From: a virus
Direction: 5' to 3' (one strand)
DNA: 21,971 bases
IMG/VR virus record: IMGVR_UViG_3300029593_000033
Made by a program: the position numbers and the translations under genes. The notes beneath the pieces are model-generated. The model worked only from the letters and a program-made list of their open reading frames with translations. It made no database searches and was not told the origin of the DNA. Below, in pieces: positions 7,760-16,519 of the stretch; position 1 is the stretch's first letter, and every line of letters starts with the position of its first letter.

Positions 7760-7907
7760 TGTATGCTTCCAAAAATGCTGTGTTCAAAAGTTCTTCAAAG
7801 GTGAAATCACTTCTTGTTTTTAATAATACATTAGCTTGTTGAAAAAGGTCAACTGAAAATTTTCCCAATTGCTTTATTTGGTCATCTGTCAAAAAAAAAC
7901 CTTGCAA
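7710..7907 (-). CDS. Tail assembly chaperone T-like extension. It is reached by a -1 programmed frameshift from the upstream chaperone ORF.
   Basis: This ORF is in the -1 frame relative to 7889-8251 and overlaps it exactly over a G GTT TTT TTT TGA run (A9 on the plus strand at 7891-7899). Confidence 0.5.
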   Translation of the reverse strand: MQGFFLTDDQIKQLGKFSVDLFQQANVLLKTRSDFTFEELLNTAFLEAYNGRQLYSKYKTDNFRK

Positions 7908-8251
7908 TCAGAATAAGCCAAGCAAACATCAACAACAATTTCCATGATTTCATCATAGGTCAAGTTTTCCACATTCTCTTTTGAATAGGGAATGCCGTTT
8001 TCATCTTTTGCAAAGCATAGAACATTCATATATTCACTTTCGGTCAATTGAGTAATGCAAACCGACTTTGCAAGAATTCTTCTGCGGTCTTCCCTTGGCA
8101 TCTTTTCAAAATCCTTCACAAATTCATCAAATGAAGTTGATGCACCAAATGCAGGGACTGAATAAAAGCCAATCAAAAGTGTGAATAAAACTTGAAAGCC
8201 TGCGGGGCTTTTCAGCCCCTTCAGGTCATCTTTTGTGATTTTATTGTTCAT
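7889..8251 (-). CDS. Tail assembly chaperone, G-like. It ends in the slippery U9 run.
   Basis: 120 aa, located between the tube and tape-measure genes. C-terminus ...CKVFF* is encoded by tgc aag gtt ttt ttt tga. Confidence 0.5.
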   Translation of the reverse strand: MNNKITKDDLKGLKSPAGFQVLFTLLIGFYSVPAFGASTSFDEFVKDFEKMPREDRRRILAKSVCITQLTESEYMNVLCFAKDENGIPYSKENVENLTYDEIMEIVVDVCLAYSDCKVFF

Positions 8252-8666
8252 CTTCAATCACTTTTTCTGTCACATTGAAACTTTCAACCGCAAACATGAA
8301 AGAATGGCTTGTGTCATCTTCACCAACATTTCCTTGTCTTGGTTTATCTCTTATGACTGCATCTTTGAAGATTATATATTCACCTGTGTTGCGGTCAATG
8401 AAGAAAGCATCAATTCTTTTTCTTTCCTCAAATAACTGAAGCAAAAGTGAATAAATTGCCTTTGTGCAATCTACAACACTATATTCAACAACATCAGGTG
8501 TCTTTCCGCCTTCTTGGCTTAATATACCCATTTTGTTTGTGGCATTTGCACCCCTAATCAAATGATTTTTCTTGCTGTATGTATAAGCAACAGAATCCAA
8601 ATCCTTGAATTTATAGTTCACCCCATTATAAGTGAAACCGCCTTCACAATTCCAAATCTGTAACAT
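8241..8666 (-). CDS. Putative tail tube protein (141 aa).
   Basis: Size and position upstream of the chaperone pair. No strong motif. Confidence 0.35.
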   Translation of the reverse strand: MLQIWNCEGGFTYNGVNYKFKDLDSVAYTYSKKNHLIRGANATNKMGILSQEGGKTPDVVEYSVVDCTKAIYSLLLQLFEERKRIDAFFIDRNTGEYIIFKDAVIRDKPRQGNVGEDDTSHSFMFAVESFNVTEKVIEDEQ

Positions 8667-8669
8667 CTC

Positions 8670-9599
8670 TTAAATCTCCCCTTGCTTCATTGTTGCTTTT
8701 ATTCTCCACAATGCTTTTGGTTCAGGAATATTGATTGAAGCTTGTGCAACAAATTGTTCATCTGTCAAACTCACAACAACTTTTCCATGTGTGATGATGC
8801 CTTGTTCAACATAACCATCAACAACACCTTGCAATGCATCTTCCAAAAGGCTTGCTTCTGCTTCTGTATAGTTTGGTTGGTTTAATGAAATATATTGAAG
8901 GGCTTTTGATTGAAGCTTCAATGTCAATTCTTCATAAACATAAGGTGCAACAATTGCCCTGCGGTTTGAAGCAAACAAAGCAAGTCTGTTTTGGTATTCA
9001 TCAGAAGTCAACACAAAAGAAATGCTGTCTTCAAACATCAATTCAGCTTGATTGATTGAACTAATACCCGAACCATAAGGCATTTCAATATATTGTTGAT
9101 TTTTCCAACTATTAGCGGAAAGCAATTTTCCAAATGCATAATACATATTTTGTGAACCATTCACATCAAGGTCATAAAAGCCAACATTGCTGTTTCCATA
9201 GCCCCAATTCTTGGCTTGCTCTCTGTTTTCTACACTCCAACCAATAACACCATTGAATTCACCATCATCAAGGGCATTCATTTCATCATTTGTGAATGCA
9301 TCATCAACCAAGATTGTGAAGAACTTCTTGTCTGTTGCTTCTAATATATCCGCAATATCCAATGTGTTTGTTGGCAACACATAAACAGAAGGAAGCCCCG
9401 CTTCCAACAACACATGACAATTTGCACTTGTCAATGCTTGAATTTCTGATTTTGTGGTGCATTCTGAAATTGTTCCTGTTGCCCCTTCGGGTAATGGCTT
9501 AACAACACAAAGCACCTTGCGAATGTATGCTGTTGAAGCTGATGGGGTCGGTGCATAGGCATCAACCTTCATCACATATTCCAATAAAACATCTTTCAT
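8670..9599 (-). CDS. Putative tail sheath protein, or alternatively the major tail protein (309 aa).
   Basis: Position upstream of the tube candidate in a module with gp25/J/I-like baseplate genes. Small for a sheath, so the call is tentative. Confidence 0.3.
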   Translation of the reverse strand: MKDVLLEYVMKVDAYAPTPSASTAYIRKVLCVVKPLPEGATGTISECTTKSEIQALTSANCHVLLEAGLPSVYVLPTNTLDIADILEATDKKFFTILVDDAFTNDEMNALDDGEFNGVIGWSVENREQAKNWGYGNSNVGFYDLDVNGSQNMYYAFGKLLSANSWKNQQYIEMPYGSGISSINQAELMFEDSISFVLTSDEYQNRLALFASNRRAIVAPYVYEELTLKLQSKALQYISLNQPNYTEAEASLLEDALQGVVDGYVEQGIITHGKVVVSLTDEQFVAQASINIPEPKALWRIKATMKQGEI

Positions 9600-9600
9600 T

Positions 9601-10035
9601 TTAGTTTCCCTTTATCCTGTTTATAATATTTTTAACCCAATTCAACTTTTCAAAAGTCATTTTCCCTGCGGGTGGATTCCAAGGAATTGAAATCCGAAAT
9701 GTGAAGTCTAATGTTGGCTTGACAAATAAATCATCATAAACCGAAAAATTCACATTGTTATCATTTGAAGCAAAGCCAAAATATTTGGTCAAGTTCTTGT
9801 CTGCAAGCCTGCATCTTTCCTTCAAATAACCATATTTATAATTCACCGCCTCGGCATTGATGCCAAGTGTCCCCCTTACCCTGAAATAACATTCCCCATC
9901 AGCAGGGCTTGTTTTTATTTGGTCAATGGAAACATAAATGGCATTTTGCTCACTCCCTTCACCAATGTTGCCATAAATAACTTTTTCAAGTTCAAATATG
10001 CCTTTCAAGCATTCTTCAAGTTTTGGTCTGAACAT
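9601..10035 (-). CDS. Hypothetical neck / tail-completion protein (144 aa).
   Basis: ORF. Position between the head and tail modules. Confidence 0.3.
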   Translation of the reverse strand: MFRPKLEECLKGIFELEKVIYGNIGEGSEQNAIYVSIDQIKTSPADGECYFRVRGTLGINAEAVNYKYGYLKERCRLADKNLTKYFGFASNDNNVNFSVYDDLFVKPTLDFTFRISIPWNPPAGKMTFEKLNWVKNIINRIKGN

Positions 10036-10505
10036 TATTTTTTAAACCTCGCCTTCACATTTTTGAAAAATTGTCCTGTCATCATTAGTAATTGATTGAA
10101 GCCCTTTTTCTTTGCCCATGGGCTTGTGTTCTTTCCATACTCGCCCCGCAATATTGGATTTCTGACAACAGCTTGAAATCCGTTCAAAATCCGCTGTTTC
10201 AAATCCTGCCCATTCATATCTTTCACAATGTCATTCAAAACCAAAACAACTTCTTTATTGTTTTTTATCAAGAATGGCTTCCGCAACCATTTATATTTGC
10301 GGTCAAGATATTCAGCAACTTCAACCATTGAAGCACCTGTTGAAACTTTGCCTTCCCTCAAAAGTGTTTTTCCTGCATAGCTTTTATATTCTCCGAATTT
10401 TGGCTGTTTTCTTTTCTTATCTTCCAACAAGCCAACTTGAACTTGGTATTTATCAAGCTTGAAAGCCAACTTCTTTGAAAGATTTTGAATTTTCAATTCC
10501 ATCAC
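10035..10505 (-). CDS. Hypothetical head-closure / neck protein (156 aa).
   Basis: ORF. Tightly packed with its neighbours. Confidence 0.3.
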   Translation of the reverse strand: MMELKIQNLSKKLAFKLDKYQVQVGLLEDKKRKQPKFGEYKSYAGKTLLREGKVSTGASMVEVAEYLDRKYKWLRKPFLIKNNKEVVLVLNDIVKDMNGQDLKQRILNGFQAVVRNPILRGEYGKNTSPWAKKKGFNQLLMMTGQFFKNVKARFKK

Positions 10506-10765
10506 TCAATCACCATGCCAATCAAAATGTCACTTCTTTTGTTTTGCTTCGTTCCAATCTCTATGCCGTTGAGGGTGGCAAAGGCTCGCAATTTCTTGAA
10601 GCCGTTGCCTGTTGCCCCTCTTTGGTTCATAACTTTTGCCAAGGCTTCCAAAATCAGGTTGGCTTGATTGACTTTCGGAAGAAGGATTGCTTCTTCATCT
10701 GTCAATGTTGCTTGACTTATGCTTTGCAACACTTGGTTTGCATAGTTTCTGATTTCATCAGCCAT
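10502..10765 (-). CDS. Head-tail connector / adaptor (gp6-like, 87 aa).
   Basis: Small helical protein immediately after the MCP gene. Weak resemblance to gp6-like connectors. Confidence 0.35.
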   Translation of the reverse strand: MADEIRNYANQVLQSISQATLTDEEAILLPKVNQANLILEALAKVMNQRGATGNGFKKLRAFATLNGIEIGTKQNKRSDILIGMVIE

Positions 10766-10776
10766 GGTTCACCCCC

Positions 10777-11646
10777 TTATGCAAAAGTGATTGGCTGTTT
10801 GATGATTGCACCTTCCAAATCAGGTGTAACCTGCAAAGAACCTGTCACATAGTTTGCATAGTAATATTCATTTTCTTCATTCTCACCTTGTTTTTTGATG
10901 GTTGGTTCAGTTGTCAAATGAAGTGTTGTTGCATCATCAGAAACCACAACAAAACCATTGCCATCATCAGAATTCAAAGCCAATGAAGGGATTTCAATGA
11001 ACATTGCTTCAGGATATGCCTTTTTGAGAATGTCACGAACTGTTGTTTCATTGTCTTGTGTAATTGAACCCAAGAATTTAATTAAATCCGCACCATAAAC
11101 AAAGATTTTCACATCAGAAGAAGAAGTTTTTTCACCAACTTGAAGTTTTAATGTGTTCATCAAAGCATTGATGTCTTGAACTCGGTTGAAGCCATTTCCA
11201 TCAACAGCAGGGATTGCATGGTTTTCATTTGTCACATAATATGGGTCATTTGATTTTAACAAACCATTGTTTCCGCCGTCACCATGTAAACCATCTTTGT
11301 CAAAGATTATCATGTAATCTCTTAAAACTCTGTTGTGGATTTTTTGAAGGTCAACAACTGCACCATCTGCCAATGACTTGATGAATTTTGCACCTTTTAC
11401 AAAGATGTTGAAAGTTTTTTCAACTCCTCTTGCTTTGATGTGTGCTTTTTCTGTTGCTTCTTTTGTTAGAACTTCCGCAACAATTGAATCATCTTCAACA
11501 TTGTATTCTTTGAATTTCACTTTTGAAATATCAACATTGTGAAATTCTTTATTTTGTAATGCCAAAATAACAGGTGAATACATGATGCGGGCATTGTTCA
11601 AATATTCTTCTTTCTCAAGAATGCCTGTTCTTAAATCAGTAGCCAT
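10777..11646 (-). CDS. Major capsid protein (289 aa), presumed HK97 fold.
   Basis: Position after the scaffold and decoration genes in a lambda-like order. Strong RBS AAAGGAAAA. Size. Confidence 0.5.
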   Translation of the reverse strand: MATDLRTGILEKEEYLNNARIMYSPVILALQNKEFHNVDISKVKFKEYNVEDDSIVAEVLTKEATEKAHIKARGVEKTFNIFVKGAKFIKSLADGAVVDLQKIHNRVLRDYMIIFDKDGLHGDGGNNGLLKSNDPYYVTNENHAIPAVDGNGFNRVQDINALMNTLKLQVGEKTSSSDVKIFVYGADLIKFLGSITQDNETTVRDILKKAYPEAMFIEIPSLALNSDDGNGFVVVSDDATTLHLTTEPTIKKQGENEENEYYYANYVTGSLQVTPDLEGAIIKQPITFA

Positions 11647-11647
11647 T

Positions 11648-11803
11648 TTATTTTCCTTTCATAAATTTAGAAAACTTCTTTAAAACAATTTTTTCTTTTT
11701 TTGCGGGCTTTGGCTCGGTTTTCACCTCTTCGCTTTCACTCGCTTGAACCTGAAATTCGGGTTCTTTTATTTCTTCAGGTTCTTTCAAATCCTGTTTTGC
11801 CAT
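11648..11803 (-). CDS. Small K/E-rich hypothetical protein (about 51 aa) between the decoration and MCP genes.
   Basis: ORF from an internal ATG abutting the decoration-gene stop. Low complexity. Confidence 0.2.
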   Translation of the reverse strand: MAKQDLKEPEEIKEPEFQVQASESEEVKTEPKPAKKEKIVLKKFSKFMKGK

Positions 11804-12213
11804 TAGCAACCGCCAACCATGTTGATTGCAACACATCTTCTGTTTGTTGCTTTTGTTGCTGTGTTGTTGGTAACTCCGTTTTCTTTCACTGCACCTTCTG
11901 CAAAAGTTGCATTGATAGCTGTTCCACCTTCATGTGAAACTTTTCCTTCTGCTGTCACATGAACTTGTCCGCCGATTGTAGGTTCACAACCTGCATCAGC
12001 TTGAACATATACTTTCAAACCTGCAACAACAACTGAACAACCAACAATTTCATTTTGTCCCATGATGCCAAAAGGGGTTTCGCCGTTTACTGCAACTTTT
12101 CCTTCGCCTGCATCTGCAACAAATAAACCTTCTTCAATAGGTGCATCAACCTTTCTGCTAACAATAACATCAGATTTTCCCCTTTCATAAGGTGTTCCCA
12201 ATAAAGTAGCCAT
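11803..12213 (-). CDS. Head decoration / cement protein candidate, DUF2190-like.
   Basis: A 136-aa Gly/Val/Ala-rich beta protein (GEGKVAVNGETPFGIMGQNEIVGCSVVVAGLKVYVQADAG) between the scaffold and MCP genes. Confidence 0.4.
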   Translation of the reverse strand: MATLLGTPYERGKSDVIVSRKVDAPIEEGLFVADAGEGKVAVNGETPFGIMGQNEIVGCSVVVAGLKVYVQADAGCEPTIGGQVHVTAEGKVSHEGGTAINATFAEGAVKENGVTNNTATKATNRRCVAINMVGGC

Positions 12214-12216
12214 TTT

Positions 12217-12834
12217 TTATTCCTTTCTTTTCCATTTATCACCAAGGGAAAGAAATTTTGCCCTGAAGGCATTGTCTTCCCCGCTTCCACTTCCGTTTCC
12301 GTTGGCTCTGTTTACTGCTTCAGCCCTCTTTTTTGAAGTCTGAAGTTCTGCACCAACTTCCACAATTTCCCAATATTGCCCCGACTTTGCCCGCTTTGCA
12401 TCTTCTGTCAATGCTTTGAAGGCATTCGCCTTGGCTTTCATACCATCGGGAAGGCTGTCAACATTTGTTTGAACTTCCAAATATGCTTCAAGAATTGCTT
12501 TTCGCATTTCATCAGCTTTGGCAATTGCTGAAGTGTAGCTTTTGCCATTTGCGGTGTCAATAACCGACTTGATGGAAGCGGGCAAAATATCTTTGTATTT
12601 TTCCGCAAATGTTGAAATCTTCATGTTGAAATCCAATGCCTTTTCAATGTTGGCTTGGCTTTCTTCTTGATTGCTCTTTTCTTCCATGTTCTTTTTTGCT
12701 TCATCAAGCAATCTTTCATCTTTTTTTTCAGGTTCTTTCTTTTCTTCCTTGCTTTCGCTTTGCTTGGTCAAGAATTCACCCATTTTGCCCATCATATCCA
12801 AAATTTGGGCTTCTTGTTCTTCACTAAATGCCAT
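12217..12834 (-). CDS. Scaffolding protein.
   Basis: Highly charged helical 205-aa protein directly upstream of the decoration and MCP genes. Confidence 0.45.
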   Translation of the reverse strand: MAFSEEQEAQILDMMGKMGEFLTKQSESKEEKKEPEKKDERLLDEAKKNMEEKSNQEESQANIEKALDFNMKISTFAEKYKDILPASIKSVIDTANGKSYTSAIAKADEMRKAILEAYLEVQTNVDSLPDGMKAKANAFKALTEDAKRAKSGQYWEIVEVGAELQTSKKRAEAVNRANGNGSGSGEDNAFRAKFLSLGDKWKRKE

Positions 12835-13348
12835 TTTTAAACCTTCCTTTCATTTCTTTGGCTTCCTTGGCTGTCAAAAATTGAATTCCACATTTGCAAC
12901 CATATCTTTCAGAAGGCATGTTGCCTTCCTTGTCCCCTTCCCCAACTTTGAAAATCTTTCCATAAAGAAGTTGATGTTCAGGGTCGGGAATTTTTGAAGA
13001 ACTTGGCAACCATCTGTAAAATTGCCCTTCATGTTCTTTTTTTAGGTTCTGCACTTCATTCCACAACACAAGGTTTTCAATCCTATCTTTCAAAAGAACT
13101 TCATTGTTCAAAGCTTTTGCCTTGAATGCCTTGACTTTCTCTTTCTTCAATTTTTTCATCTTTTCTTCATAATTGTCAATAACTTTGTAAACAGTCGCTT
13201 CAACTTCCCTTTTGGAAAGTGTTGTTGATTTTAAAATTGATTGAAGGGCAAGTTGTTTCAATTCAAGGTCTGAATTCAGCAACCGCCCTTTGAAAAAGTC
13301 CGCCCCAAACAATAATTTCAAATATTGAACAGGATTGAAAATCATCAA
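12824..13348 (-). CDS. Head morphogenesis protein. It occupies the lambda protease slot, but no Ser/His catalytic motif was recognised.
   Basis: 174-aa coiled-coil-rich ORF with ATGA overlap with the portal gene. Confidence 0.3.
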   Translation of the reverse strand: MMIFNPVQYLKLLFGADFFKGRLLNSDLELKQLALQSILKSTTLSKREVEATVYKVIDNYEEKMKKLKKEKVKAFKAKALNNEVLLKDRIENLVLWNEVQNLKKEHEGQFYRWLPSSSKIPDPEHQLLYGKIFKVGEGDKEGNMPSERYGCKCGIQFLTAKEAKEMKGRFKNGI

Positions 13349-14310
13349 TCACCCCCGAATAAATATTCAAAAAATTCTTTCTTTTGTTCATCACTTATAA
13401 ACATTGAACTTTCCACATAGGGAATGACTTGTGCAAATTCTTTGAACTTTCTCCAATTGTCTGTTTTGAACTTCAACTGAATGTCAAAAAGTTTGTCATG
13501 TATAGGTTTGAAAACAGAATTGAAGAAATCTTTGATGCCATCTTCATTTGCATTCACATCTGCTTCCCCTGTGACTGCCATGCCTGAAGTCAATTCACCT
13601 GCAACAAATGATGTTGAAACACCAAGCAAGGAAGCCAAACAACCATAAACAAGCTTCAATCCGTCTGTTATCGGTTGGGTTTGAAGCGGGGTTGTCACAA
13701 TGCTGTCACCTGCATCAAGACAAGTGCTTTTTCCATCTTTCAAAGCCTTTGCAATTGTTTCAGCTTGGCTTTTGGCATCATCTGAAGAAGATGTTGAAAT
13801 TGTTTTTCGCAAATCAGCAATCTTCAATTGAAGTGCCTTTGCCAATCCAAGGTTCACTTTTGCCCCGCCCATAATATCAAAAACAAGTCCCATGTAAATT
13901 TTGATAATATCGGTCATGGTGTATTTTTGAAAGTTCATATAAACACCATTTGCCTTTTTTCCTTCTGCATAGGCTTTTTTGATTTCTTCCCCTTCTTGGT
14001 AATCTGCAACCCTCACAACACCGCTGTCATTCACCAAAATCAATTCTTTCTTGGCTGTCATTGCATCAGCAATTCGGGCGATTGTCCCATACTGTGCATT
14101 GCTCAATTCTACACTATCCCAAAGGTTGCGGGCTTGTTCATCTGTCATGCCCATGCTTTTTGCATAGCATCTTTTCAGGATTTTTTGATATAAAAGGGAA
14201 GTTTGGAAATCAACAAAGGTTGCTTCTTCAACCTTCAATTTGTATGGGTTCGCAATGTCTGTGACAACTGTTCCCCCTGTCATTGTTTTGAATATATTAT
14301 GAAATGCCAT
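13345..14310 (-). CDS. Putative portal protein (321 aa, small).
   Basis: Position immediately after TerL and before the protease/scaffold/MCP genes. Confidence 0.4.
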   Translation of the reverse strand: MAFHNIFKTMTGGTVVTDIANPYKLKVEEATFVDFQTSLLYQKILKRCYAKSMGMTDEQARNLWDSVELSNAQYGTIARIADAMTAKKELILVNDSGVVRVADYQEGEEIKKAYAEGKKANGVYMNFQKYTMTDIIKIYMGLVFDIMGGAKVNLGLAKALQLKIADLRKTISTSSSDDAKSQAETIAKALKDGKSTCLDAGDSIVTTPLQTQPITDGLKLVYGCLASLLGVSTSFVAGELTSGMAVTGEADVNANEDGIKDFFNSVFKPIHDKLFDIQLKFKTDNWRKFKEFAQVIPYVESSMFISDEQKKEFFEYLFGGD

Positions 14311-15550
14311 CTTTTATTAACCCCATGAAAATTGCAACACCTGCCAAGCTGTCGGGTGCATCATCATGTTCAGCATTATATTCATAGTTTTTTATTTGGT
14401 CAATATAAATTTTGTTTGCCTGTATCAAGGCGGGGTCACCTTGGTTCATTTCAAACAACTGAATGTCATTCACATATCCCGCAACATTCATGATTCGTTG
14501 GTGCTTCTTTGTTGTTGTATTTCTGCCAACTGCGGGAATGCCCAATTTCCGCATTTGTATCACTGCCAAATCACCAATTCCATTTGTTTCAATGCATACC
14601 CGCCCGACTTTCAAGGCTGTGAATATCTTTTCAAATTCTTCCAAACAATCATACCAAGCCTTTCTGAATGCCCAACCTGAAACAACCAAATTGTCAAAGT
14701 TCCTTCCTGCAACTGAAATGGCTGTAAAGTCTTTTCCTTCTCTTGCAGGGTCAATGAAGGCAACATTTTCTTTTGCTGTGAAATCAACAGTCTTGATTTT
14801 AAAGAATGGCATGTTGTCCGCCCCCATTATGTTCAAGAAATATGATGCTTGAATGCTTTCTTCCGAAACCCCCGCTTTTCTTTGTGCATCAAGGTCACAA
14901 TCAAGTTCGGGAATATCACCCCAAATCATCAGGAATGTTGGAATTTTTTCCCGCAATTCTTGGTATAAATCCGCCTTGTGAACAGGTTGCCCAATAATCA
15001 CAATGTTTTTGGTCAATTTGTAGATTTCTTCATATACCTTTTTCACCCTTCTTCTTTCTGCGGGGCTGTCATCATCAGGGGTGATGGGGTCTTCCATTAT
15101 AACTAAATCAGGGTGTCTTCCACGAAAACCCCTGCTTCGTATTGTCAAGGCAATCAAATTTGGTTCTTTTCCCAATTTTTCCTTGAAGCGAATTTTGAAT
15201 TTTGCCCGCCCTTTCAATTTGGCATCTTGCTTGACAAGAATGTTTCTGATTTCTTCAATGATTTCTTTTCCCCTCTCTTGCTCTTTGGTCACAACAAGAA
15301 TTTCCAATTGATGGTCTTTCATTAGGGCTTCAGCACTTCCAAGGATTGTGCCATAGTCGGTTTTCCCATATCCTCTTGCACCAAGCACCATGCGGGGAAA
15401 ATCACCTTCAAATATAAACTTTTTCATTTCAATTTGTTTTGGAAATGGTTGTGGATAATCAACAGCGGTGCAAAACTGCGAAAAGGTCAAATCCTGCTTT
15501 TCTTGACTTCCAAAATTAAAATTGAATTTAAAATCAAAGTTGAAATTCAT
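14297..15550 (-). CDS. terL: Terminase large subunit.
   Basis: ATPase Walker A-like GARGYGKTDYG and Walker B-like DLVIMEDP. C-terminal RNaseH-like nuclease acidic residues (DPAREGKDFTAISVAG, NAEHDDAPDSLAG). ATGA overlap with TerS. Confidence 0.7.
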   Translation of the reverse strand: MNFNFDFKFNFNFGSQEKQDLTFSQFCTAVDYPQPFPKQIEMKKFIFEGDFPRMVLGARGYGKTDYGTILGSAEALMKDHQLEILVVTKEQERGKEIIEEIRNILVKQDAKLKGRAKFKIRFKEKLGKEPNLIALTIRSRGFRGRHPDLVIMEDPITPDDDSPAERRRVKKVYEEIYKLTKNIVIIGQPVHKADLYQELREKIPTFLMIWGDIPELDCDLDAQRKAGVSEESIQASYFLNIMGADNMPFFKIKTVDFTAKENVAFIDPAREGKDFTAISVAGRNFDNLVVSGWAFRKAWYDCLEEFEKIFTALKVGRVCIETNGIGDLAVIQMRKLGIPAVGRNTTTKKHQRIMNVAGYVNDIQLFEMNQGDPALIQANKIYIDQIKNYEYNAEHDDAPDSLAGVAIFMGLIKDGIS

Positions 15551-15984
15551 CTGTTCACCCTATCCCAAAGGTCAACAGTTATCTTCATAACCTCTTCATT
15601 GGTCATTGTTGACAATCGCAATTTTAATTCCCGCAAACAAGCGGTGAAGCCTTCCTTGGCAAGTTCTTCAGGTGATGCCATTGGTGTTGGTTCTGCTTTT
15701 TCCTTCTTTTCAATTTTCTTGGCAACTTCCCTTGCCCTCTTTAGGTCTTCCAATTTTTGAACTTTTTCTTCCGCCTTTCTTTGGGCTTCTTCAATGTCTT
15801 TTGCAATTTCCTGACAATAAGCATTTGCGGTTGGCAAGCTTACATTCAAGAACTTTGCAATTTCCCTTTGTGACTTTCCCTTCTTCAAAAGTTCCCTGCA
15901 AAGCCTTTTATTTTCCGCCTTCTTGGCTTTTCCGCTGTTCAAGTTATTGTTCAAGACTTTCCCCCTTCTGTTCTTAAACACCAT
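15547..15984 (-). CDS. terS: Terminase small subunit with an N-terminal HTH. A TTG start 27 nt downstream with AGGGGGA is an alternative.
   Basis: KSQREIAKFLNVSLPTANAY helix-turn-helix, coiled-coil middle, directly upstream of TerL. Confidence 0.5.
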   Translation of the reverse strand: MVFKNRRGKVLNNNLNSGKAKKAENKRLCRELLKKGKSQREIAKFLNVSLPTANAYCQEIAKDIEEAQRKAEEKVQKLEDLKRAREVAKKIEKKEKAEPTPMASPEELAKEGFTACLRELKLRLSTMTNEEVMKITVDLWDRVNR

Positions 15985-15989
15985 TTTTT

Positions 15990-16040
15990 TGATGTTTAAA
16001 CCTGTTTAAATATAAAAGCAACTAAAAATAAAAATCAAGC
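15990..16040 (-). promoter_or_regulatory. Candidate late promoter. Minus-strand reading gives TTGATT, 17 nt, TTATAT. A GTTTAAACnnGTTTAAA direct repeat lies in the leader.
   Basis: Read on the reverse complement of 15990-16040. Located between the upstream terminator and terS. Confidence 0.3.
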
Positions 16041-16071
16041 ATAAAAAAGAAGGGGCGGTGTTTCCCCTTCC
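16041..16071 (-). terminator. Intrinsic terminator for the minus-strand early/middle operon.
   Basis: GAAGGGG-cggtgttt-CCCCTTC stem-loop followed by a 7-nt U tract on the minus strand (A7 at 16042-16048). Lies 22 nt after the MazG-like stop. Confidence 0.65.
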
Positions 16072-16092
16072 TTCTTCCTTTGGTCTTCCTGT

Positions 16093-16506
16093 TTACTCTT
16101 TGTTGGTGTGGTGAAATTTTCCATCGCCTGACTTTTTCCAAACTCTTTTGCGGTTTATCTTCATTTTCTTTTGAACCTCACCCAATAAACAGCCTAACAA
16201 TTCAAATGGCATGTCTTCAGCAAATTTGTTTTCAAGATGTCTTCCAACATGGCTTTCCCATCTTCTCAATCCACCAAGAACAATGAACACATCTGCAAAT
16301 TCTTTCATCTTGTCTTCTTCTTTTGCTTCTGAAAGTTCTTTGAACTCTTCTTCCAATTTGGCAAGTTGTCCGCTCAAAGTAGCATCAGGAAAGGTTTCTT
16401 CATTCCATTCCTTTATTTCTTCAAGTTCCAAGTGAAAAGCACTTAAAACAATTTCTTTTATTTCTTTTTCAATCTTTGTGTTTCTTTTATTAAATAATCC
16501 AAACAT
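16093..16506 (-). CDS. MazG-like nucleotide pyrophosphohydrolase (DUF550-like).
   Basis: Pattern EEIKEWNEETFPDATLSGQLAKLEEEFKELSEA...EFADVFIVLGGL, typical of the MazG/dNTP-PPase helical core. Confidence 0.4.
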   Translation of the reverse strand: MFGLFNKRNTKIEKEIKEIVLSAFHLELEEIKEWNEETFPDATLSGQLAKLEEEFKELSEAKEEDKMKEFADVFIVLGGLRRWESHVGRHLENKFAEDMPFELLGCLLGEVQKKMKINRKRVWKKSGDGKFHHTNKE

Positions 16507-16519
16507 TTTTTCTTCCTTT

